19,964 nucleotides of DNA. It comes from Methanosarcina sp. GTDB lineage: Archaea > Halobacteriota > Methanosarcinia > Methanosarcinales > Methanosarcinaceae. The stretch lies in contig NZ_JAQUVZ010000060.1 in NCBI RefSeq assembly GCF_028693135.1, forward strand, positions 1 to 19,964, written 5' to 3'. Made by a program: the position numbers and the translations under genes. This document shows positions 14,122 through 19,964 of the stretch, piece by piece (the first letter of the stretch is position 1; each line of letters starts with the position of its first letter). A model generated the notes under the pieces. It made no database searches. It was given only the letters and a program-made list of their open reading frames with translations, and was not told the origin of the DNA.

Positions 14122-15711
14122 CTTACCTCAGCAGGAGACCCCTTCCTCGACATTTCCGGCTTGCCGGAAATGGCAGGTAGGGGAGGAATGCGTCATCTGT
14201 ACCATCTGAACTAATGTTGTACTCCTCGCACTCAGTCTCCTGCATTTTTTCTTAACATTAACACTATCTGAAATTTTGTTTCCGAATATATCTGAGATTG
14301 AAAAATACCCGGATGACCGTTTGCCACGAATGAACCCGATCCCGTTTTCCGTTTTTACAATATCAAATTTCCTGAGCCCAAACAGCTTTCCGGTAGGTAT
14401 TTTCTTCTCTGATCTCTTCCCTCTCCGCTGCTGATAATCTCCCGCAGGAACGTTTCTTTTTAGAAAAACCGAATCTTCTACCTCTACATTCTGATCGTCC
14501 CTGCAACAGATAGCAACAGCATCAAAGTAATGTGTTTTTAACAACTTCAAGACCTGCTCTCTCCTGTACTTTGTTTCGTACCCGAAAGTCTCTGCAAAAC
14601 TCCAGCCGGATTTCCGGATTTGGGATTTGAGGATCCCGATTTCAGTTGCATGTTTTGTTTTTGACTTTTTCCCTGAAAGCTTGAATTCTCCATTGTGCAG
14701 GGCTTTGTGACAGGTTTCACAAAGCGTAATCAGGTTTTCCGGTGTATCTGTCCCCTTCTGTGACCTGAAAACAATGTGATGGCAATGTAGCCGGAAATCC
14801 TTTGACTTTCCCCTGCATTGCTGGCATGTGTAGCCGTCCCGATCCAGAACGTAAGCTTTGACATTGTAGAAGCCTTTAAGGTCCCCTTCCTGATACCCAA
14901 CCCCGGAAACCTCCGGATTTGTTATTTTGTGAATATCAAAGGAAGCAAGCTCTACCTTCCACCCGGTTACAGGAAGCAGGGATTCCAAAAACCTCTTTTC
15001 CCGGAAATGAGACTCAAGTTTGCTTCGGATAGAAGGAGCTAATCTCCCTTCTTTCCTTGAATTTCCCCGGTTATCAAATCTTGCAGGTCTATACCTTGTT
15101 TTTCTACCTCTTCTGTTTCTCCGGTACATCTTCCGTTGTTCCATCTTTTTCAAAACGTTTTCTCTAAGGTAGATTTCGGACTGATACAACACTTTTCCGT
15201 TAGCAATGGCTGCACAGCCCACTACCTTAGAGCCGGTATCCATCCCTGCAGTTACAGGTTGAGTATACCCACTGCTTCCGAAAAGTAACTTGATGGTGAA
15301 TGGAGTATTTCGGACCACTTTTGCCTTGCCTGCTTGCAGTAGCTTTCTGGCTTTTGAAGGTTTACAGGGCATAAGTGGTTTTTTGTTTTGATTGATTACG
15401 AAAACTAACATATAGTTTTCCTCCGAAGAGTTATGCGTATCTGAATTGTGGAGTCAATTCCGGAATCCGTCTTCCTCTCGATCTGATATGGAAAGGTTTA
15501 ACGATGCAAGCACTGTCCCTACCTCTCAGGACTGTTTAACCGGCATCCTTAGAGCCTTAAACTGAGGCGGCATTCAAGGGTAACTATTTCTTTCCTATCG
15601 TTTACCGATTTTCTATTGCTCCTTATCGGTGATCTGGTCAACCAGGGCTTGTTAGACAAGCCCCTTCCTCAAAAACCTGAGCCGTTAGGAAGGTTTTAGG
15701 GAGGGGTAATT
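14122..15711 (-). mobile_element. IS200/IS605-superfamily non-autonomous element encoding IscB plus omega-RNA (no tnpA), ~1590 bp, boundaries +/-1 nt
   Basis: Boundaries are inferred from the in-frame rejoining of the two DUF2284 halves. Sub-terminal hairpins lie at both ends: CATTTCCGGC-TT-GCCGGAAATG (14151-14172) and GGGCTTGT-TAG-ACAAGCCC (15645-15663). TTCAT (14117-14121) abuts the 14122 end. Confidence 0.7.
14128..15411 (-). CDS. iscB: IscB (OMEGA RNA-guided nuclease; RuvC split by an HNH insertion, PLMP N-terminal domain)
   Basis: KKPLMPCKPSKARKLL is the PLMP motif. GMDTGSK is RuvC-I. The Arg-rich bridge helix is YRRNRRGRKTRYRPARF. The HNH region is CQQC..HCHHIVFRSQKGTDTPENLITLCETCHKALH. 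THYFDAVAI is RuvC-III. The C-terminal region FDIVKTENGIGFIRGKRSSGYFSISD is TID-like. 427 aa. Confidence 0.85.
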   Translation of the reverse strand: MLVFVINQNKKPLMPCKPSKARKLLQAGKAKVVRNTPFTIKLLFGSSGYTQPVTAGMDTGSKVVGCAAIANGKVLYQSEIYLRENVLKKMEQRKMYRRNRRGRKTRYRPARFDNRGNSRKEGRLAPSIRSKLESHFREKRFLESLLPVTGWKVELASFDIHKITNPEVSGVGYQEGDLKGFYNVKAYVLDRDGYTCQQCRGKSKDFRLHCHHIVFRSQKGTDTPENLITLCETCHKALHNGEFKLSGKKSKTKHATEIGILKSQIRKSGWSFAETFGYETKYRREQVLKLLKTHYFDAVAICCRDDQNVEVEDSVFLKRNVPAGDYQQRRGKRSEKKIPTGKLFGLRKFDIVKTENGIGFIRGKRSSGYFSISDIFGNKISDSVNVKKKCRRLSARSTTLVQMVQMTHSSPTCHFRQAGNVEEGVSC

Positions 15712-15727
15712 GACATTAATTCCAACA
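15412..15727 (-). ncRNA. Candidate IscB omega-RNA (scaffold ~15412-15711 inside the element, putative 5' guide from flanking DNA 15712-15727)
   Basis: A ~300-nt non-coding gap lies directly 5' of iscB, the canonical omega-RNA position. It is rich in helices (minus strand): CCTTCC..GGAAGG, GGGCTTGT-cta-ACAAGCCC, ACCGAT..ATCGGT, long-range AACGAT..ATCGTT, CCTCAGTTTAA..TTAAAC..CTGAGAGG, and CTC-TTCG-GAG just before the GGAGG RBS. Confidence 0.5.
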
Positions 15728-16260
15728 GCGTGTTCCGGGATCCTTGCCATGTTTGAGTGGACGCAGGTTCCCTTTTCCACGTTGCACTTTTCACAGAGCC
15801 TGCACGAACCGTTAACAAATGCGACTGCAAAGGTGAAACCCTCGTTAAAGGCAGTCTTTTCAAGTTCCAGCATTGAGAACAGTATTTTTTTGCTGTAGTC
15901 GAAATAATCAGACCAGAATTTTCCTGCCTTTTCCCTTGTTTCATCAGATTCGGCAGGGTCAAGCCAGGTCTTATAAGGGGCTTTTGCTATCTCTTCATCT
16001 GCAACTGCAGGAGACCGGAACTTGACAAGCAGGGCATACCTGTACTCTTTTAAGATCTCTCTGAATTCATCAACTGTAGGAACGTGGGGGGGACAGGTCA
16101 GTTTTTTCCCGTATCCCACACACCCTCTGCATTTTAAAACTACCCTCTTCTCTACAAACACGCTGTAGGTTGGGATAATTTTTGCATCGACTGCTCCCAG
16201 TTCCAGGGCTTTTTTTGCAAGGAATTCAAGTTCATCAGGTTTTATATCTTGATTTGGCAT
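15685..16260 (-). pseudogene. DUF2284-family predicted metal-binding protein, truncated by IscB-element insertion (native sequence 15712-16260; last 8 codons plus stop come from the element)
   Basis: CRGCVGYGKKLTCPP and GSCRLCEKCNVEKGTCVH are the Cys clusters typical of DUF2284. The ORF leaves the family pattern right after GINV and ends NYPSLKPS* within the element end. Confidence 0.65.
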
Positions 16261-16300
16261 CTCTATCCCTCTTCAAAACCTCTTTTCATTTAGAAGCGGC

Positions 16301-16308
16301 ATATAAAT
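16301..16308 (-). promoter_or_regulatory. Possible archaeal TATA box for the DUF2284 transcript, which may read through into the omega-RNA and iscB
   Basis: The minus strand reads TTTATATG about 40 nt upstream of the ATG at 16260. No experimental support. Confidence 0.3.
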
Positions 16309-16872
16309 CATTTCATCTCTTTGCCATTTCACCCGACGACTACACACTACTTAACTTTTTTAAATATTTTTGTTTCACTGATTTTTGTTTCACTGAAGAC
16401 CTGTTCTGTTTTCCCGATTTTTAATTTTTCGGATGTTATGCGATTTTTGATTCCTTAACTTATTTCTAATATTCTATCAACTTTTAACCGCAAACTTTCC
16501 AGAAAAATCATGTTTCTACGTCGGTATGATAATTATATGCATACATAATATCAAGTAGCAACAAAGTATACAAAAGTATTAAATATTGGTTGGTAGTATA
16601 GATAAATGTCTCTTCCCGACAGACACAAATCTAAAATCGCCTCCTAAATTGTCGAAAGCACCTGAAACTCCTTTTTTGCCCCTGCCTGAGAAAAAACGGG
16701 TAGGGGTCAAGGGTGCAAAACAAAGTATGGAAAAAAAGAACTGCGAACCAATTGTATCTAAACTTGTCTCAAAGATACTGATATTTAAAACTTGGAAAGT
16801 AGGAACTTATATAACAAAAGGGGACATTAAACAAATATATTTTATGTTCTCCAGTTGATGTTCCTGGTTTAA

Positions 16873-17520
16873 ATGCAGGTCATTTTATTCGCATTGTTGA
16901 GGGGAGATATAGTGAGAAAAATAATACTGCATATATCTATTTTACTTATGGTTCTTGCAAGCGGCTGCATTACCCTGTCAGTTGATTCGAAGGTAAACAA
17001 AAACGGGGAAATCTTTCAGTATGACATGACAATAGATACGAACTCATACGTTTATTCGCTATTGAACTCGCAGGCTTCGGAGGATGGGAAGACTTTGAGG
17101 GAGAGTGTTGTTGCACAGGGTGGGCAATACGAGGAAATCTGGGATGGGGACAACGTAAAAATAAGCATAAAAGGGCTGCCGCCGGAAAACGCGTATGCAG
17201 AAAAAGCCGGGGATTATCTTACTTACAGGGATCCTATGAAGAATTTTTCGTCAGGGTATCAAAATGCTCCTGAAGACGCCTTTGGCAGGAATGGAGCTGC
17301 GGATTCTCTTTTTAAAATCCACTATTACCTGGAGATGCCCGGGGAAATTGTTGACTCGAATGCTGACTTTGTTGACGGCAATAAAGCCGAGTGGCATATG
17401 GTTAATGCAGCTTCCATAAGGGACATCTACGCAAAATCCAAAGTGCCTCTTCTCCCGGGGTTCGGACCATCCGGAGCTTTGCTTGCTCTTCTGGTTGCAG
17501 CCTTTTTTGTGAGGAGATGA
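16873..17520 (+). CDS. Secreted/surface protein with lipobox-type signal peptide and C-terminal PGF-CTERM archaeosortase sorting signal
   Basis: The N-terminus ILHISILLMVLASGC is a signal peptide with a lipobox Cys. The C-terminus PLLPGFGPSGALLALLVAAFFVRR has PGF, a TM helix and a basic tail. The likely real start is GTG 16912, after GAGGGGAG. Confidence 0.7.
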   Translation: MQVILFALLRGDIVRKIILHISILLMVLASGCITLSVDSKVNKNGEIFQYDMTIDTNSYVYSLLNSQASEDGKTLRESVVAQGGQYEEIWDGDNVKISIKGLPPENAYAEKAGDYLTYRDPMKNFSSGYQNAPEDAFGRNGAADSLFKIHYYLEMPGEIVDSNADFVDGNKAEWHMVNAASIRDIYAKSKVPLLPGFGPSGALLALLVAAFFVRR

Positions 17521-17638
17521 AGAAATAACCTGAAGTGCCCTGCATAATCGTTAATACATCAGGACCCTCACCAGAGCCCTCCCCGCCTGCAAGACAGGCA
17601 GCTTTCTTCAGTATATTTTTCGCAGATTATTTCGAATA

Positions 17639-18628
17639 TTATACCTCCCTGACCACCCTGACCACCCTGAATCCCAGGCTGTTGAGCTTCCTATTCTGCG
17701 CTGCAAAAAGCCTTTCAGCCGACCTGCAGCAGCCTGCATTTCCGTTCCAGCCCCCACCCTTTCTTATCCGTACAGGAACAGATACACTTGGCAAAGAACT
17801 CTCCCAGGCTCTGCCGTCTGAAGGCGCTCCTTTGTAGCTGATATGGTATTCGTCCTGTACCCATTCCCCTACATTTCCGTAAATATCATAAAGTCCCCAG
17901 GGATTGGGCTTCTTCAAACCGACTGGATGAGTTTCAAGTCCGGAGTTCTTGAGAAACCAGGCATATTCTGTGAGTTTGGATTCGCAGTCCCCAAAGAAGT
18001 AGCTGCCTGTGGTACCTGCCCTTGCTGCGTATTCCCACTCAGCTTCCGTGGGGAGGCGGTAAACTGAGCTCTTTTCGCCAGTATTTTCAACGGCATTAAG
18101 TTTTCGGATAAAAGCCTGCGTCTCTTCCCAGGAAACAGTTTCAACCGGGTACTTTTCATCTCTGAAATATGAAGGGAAATTTCCCATCACTTTACTCCAC
18201 TGTTCCTGCGTAACCGGATACCTGCCCAGGTAAAAGGGTTTTTTTATCGATACCCTGTGTACAGGGCTTTCCCAGAGCTTTCTGCGCTTCTCAAGGGAAG
18301 GAGAGCCCATATCAAATTCTCCTGCAGGGATAGGGACAAACTCCATTCCGATTGAGTTTCTGATCAGGTTGTTTGCAGTGATTGGACTGTTAGTAGATCC
18401 TGCAGTCGAACCTTTAATTGAAATATTAGAAATATTGTTTAGAGTAAGGGCTGAGCCCCCGGTTAAATCTTCAGTTAAATCTTCAGTTAAATCTTCAGTT
18501 AAATCTTCAGTTAAATCTTCAGTTAAATCTTCAGTTAAATCTTCAGTTAAGTTCTCAAACGTGGATACAGAGTCTTTTGAGTATGTATATTTTCCACAAA
18601 AGTATATGTTTAGATCCAGCGGTTTCAC
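17639..18628 (-). CDS. FGE-sulfatase (SUMF1/formylglycine-generating-enzyme-like) domain protein with N-terminal (LTED)7 repeat
   Basis: RLPTEAEWEYAARAG, YGNVGEWVQDEY, KGGGWNG and LGFRVVR are signature motifs of the FGE-sulfatase domain. The start (GTG 18628) is uncertain. No obvious signal peptide. Confidence 0.8.
   Translation of the reverse strand: MKPLDLNIYFCGKYTYSKDSVSTFENLTEDLTEDLTEDLTEDLTEDLTEDLTEDLTGGSALTLNNISNISIKGSTAGSTNSPITANNLIRNSIGMEFVPIPAGEFDMGSPSLEKRRKLWESPVHRVSIKKPFYLGRYPVTQEQWSKVMGNFPSYFRDEKYPVETVSWEETQAFIRKLNAVENTGEKSSVYRLPTEAEWEYAARAGTTGSYFFGDCESKLTEYAWFLKNSGLETHPVGLKKPNPWGLYDIYGNVGEWVQDEYHISYKGAPSDGRAWESSLPSVSVPVRIRKGGGWNGNAGCCRSAERLFAAQNRKLNSLGFRVVRVVREV
18462..18550. 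repeat. Seven perfect copies of a 12-bp tandem repeat GTTAAATCTTCA (plus a partial copy), encoding (LTED)7 on the minus strand
   Basis: Read directly. Units start at 18462, 18474, 18486, 18498, 18510, 18522 and 18534. Confidence 0.95.
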
Positions 18629-18710
18629 AGCTCCAGTAAGAATAAATATTTTTCTGGATGCTATTTTCGTCTTCTGTTTTTTATTCCTTCCTGTTTGACT
18701 TTTTATTCAT

Positions 18711-19964
18711 TTTTTATCTCCCGAAGCGGGAAGACTCCTTCCTCGGACAATCCGGTAGAACCGGATTGGACAGGTGGGAGATGAGAGCGTCAACTTCCCC
18801 ACAATCCGAAGATAATAATTTCGTATATCTCCATATAGTTACAAAGAGTATATTATAAAGATGCTTCGAGGTAACAGATACCGAATTTACCCTAATAAGG
18901 AGCAAAAAGCTCTTATGGAAAAACACTTCGGTAGCTGTCGTTTTGTCTATAATAAACTCCTTGAAATCAAATCGTTAATGTATAAAAAATTCAGAATAAG
19001 TCTCTCGGAGTTTGACCTTAATAATCACCTCTTAGTTTTGAAAGAAGTGTATCCCTGGTTGAAAGAAGTTAATGCAGGAGCATTGCAACAAGCAAGTAGA
19101 AATCTGAATAAAGCTTTTACAAACTTCTTTAATTTTGGATTTGGGTATCCTCAAAAGAAAAAGAAAAAAGATCACCATTTTTCCTTTCAGATTCCTCAAC
19201 ACTATAGTCTTGATACATCTATTTCCAAAGTTTTGTTGCCTAAGTTTGGTTGGATTAAGGTTAAGATGCATAGGGAAATTAGCAAAGGAAGTTTGAAAAC
19301 TATAACTATATCCAGAACACCAACAGGAAAATACTACATAAGTTTTCTAACTAATGATGGAGAAAAACTTCCCGAAAAACAAGAATTTTCTCATGCTACC
19401 TTGATTGGAATAGATGTAGGAGTTACGACTTTCGCTACTCTTTCTACCGGAGAAAAAATTGATAACCCAAAATTCCTGAAAAACTCTCTTGAAAGATTGA
19501 AATGTTTGCAAAGAAGAGTTTCTAAGAAAGTTAAAGGTTCGAAAAACCGGAGAAAGGCAGTCTATAAACTTACGAAAATCCACGAAAAAATAAGTAATCA
19601 AAGGCATGATTTCCAGCATAAAGTTTCAAATCGGTTAATCAGCGAAAACCAAGCAATAGCCGTTGAAACTCTCAATATTAAAGGATTAAAGAAAAACCAC
19701 AAATTAGCTCAGGTTATCAGTGATTCAGCATGGTATTCTTTCGTACTGAAATTAACGTACAAAGCTGAATGGGTAGGAAAAACTATACTGAAAATAGGCA
19801 TGTTTGAACCTTCCTCTAAAATCTGTAATGTTTGTGGTTATAAACTTAAAGAATTAAGTTTAGATATTAGAGAGTGGCAATGTCCTGATTGCAAAAATAC
19901 GCATGATAGAGACATTAATGCCGCTATCAATATTAAGAAAATTGCTGTAGGGACTACAGTTTGA
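18711..19964 (+). mobile_element. IS200/IS605-superfamily element encoding TnpB (left end and tnpB visible; right end and omega-RNA guide lie beyond the window)
   Basis: The sub-terminal hairpin AATCCGGT-AGA-ACCGGATT (18749-18767) lies ~95 nt upstream of tnpB. TTCAT (18706-18710) and TTTAT (18713-18717) sit just to the left. The block 18718-18790 is homologous to 14122-14195. Confidence 0.65.
18861..19964 (+). CDS. tnpB: TnpB (IS1341/OrfB-type RNA-guided RuvC nuclease)
   Basis: The N-terminus YRIYPNKEQKALMEKHFGSCRFVYNKLL is the OrfB_IS605 signature. The RuvC triad is GIDVGV / AVETLNIKGL / HDRDINAAINI. The zinc ribbon is CNVCGY..CPDC. 367 aa, with the stop at the window end. Confidence 0.9.
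   Translation: MLRGNRYRIYPNKEQKALMEKHFGSCRFVYNKLLEIKSLMYKKFRISLSEFDLNNHLLVLKEVYPWLKEVNAGALQQASRNLNKAFTNFFNFGFGYPQKKKKKDHHFSFQIPQHYSLDTSISKVLLPKFGWIKVKMHREISKGSLKTITISRTPTGKYYISFLTNDGEKLPEKQEFSHATLIGIDVGVTTFATLSTGEKIDNPKFLKNSLERLKCLQRRVSKKVKGSKNRRKAVYKLTKIHEKISNQRHDFQHKVSNRLISENQAIAVETLNIKGLKKNHKLAQVISDSAWYSFVLKLTYKAEWVGKTILKIGMFEPSSKICNVCGYKLKELSLDIREWQCPDCKNTHDRDINAAINIKKIAVGTTV

Noticed and set aside
15645-15663. Hairpin GGGCTTGT-TAG-ACAAGCCC as an intrinsic terminator of the DUF2284 gene
   Set aside because: There is no adjacent oligo-T run on the transcribed strand. Its position ~50 nt inside the element end fits an IS200/IS605 sub-terminal hairpin or an omega-RNA stem.
17535-18698. Plus-strand ORFs (100, 74 and 109 aa) and an 81-aa minus-strand ORF overlapping the FGE-sulfatase gene
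   Set aside because: They are antisense or out of frame relative to a gene with strong domain motifs. One is simply the (VKSS)n reading of the 12-bp repeat.

Overview
The window looks like a Methanosarcinales-type archaeal chromosome segment. This assignment is inferred from a PGF-CTERM sorting signal, DUF2284, FGE-sulfatase and TPR genes, IS200/IS605-type elements and a group II intron. It has two compositional halves.

Left half (1 to about 9600) is visibly AT-rich and is a CRISPR-Cas island.
- It opens with the last ~120 nt of a group II intron: a clear domain V, then domain VI with a bulged branch-point A.
- That intron interrupts a group-II-intron-like reverse transcriptase gene exactly where the YADD box should be. 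Only the 3' exon (RT motifs 6-7 plus thumb) is in the window.
- Next come cas6 and a tightly coupled six-gene type III effector operon in the subtype III-C order: cmr1-like, cmr6-like, cas10, cmr4, cmr5/cas11, cas5/cmr3-like.
- Cas10 keeps an HD motif but has AEPS where the GGDD cyclase motif belongs.
- cas11 carries a perfect 93-bp tandem duplication of its 5' end.
- An uncharacterised 4-TM protein gene follows the operon.
- No CRISPR array, cas1/cas2 or CARF-type effector is present in the window.
- A 196-bp MITE-like element (14-bp TIRs, 8-bp TSD) sits at the island edge.

Right half has higher GC.
- It holds a small Cys-rich conserved hypothetical gene, an intergenic region with two unusual tandem-repeat arrays, and a TPR protein with repetitive tails.
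- A 1.59-kb IscB (OMEGA) element has split a DUF2284 gene. Both halves are visible and rejoin in frame.
- The IscB element carries a ~300-nt candidate omega-RNA region.
- Further right are a lipobox plus PGF-CTERM surface protein and an FGE-sulfatase-domain protein with a perfect (LTED)7 repeat.
- The window ends in a TnpB element. Its left end is homologous to the sequence under the 3' end of iscB.

I regard the known families as confidently recognised. The candidates for novelty are the intron-in-RT arrangement, the cyclase-dead type III module with an unknown membrane partner, and the paired IscB/TnpB elements sharing one left end.
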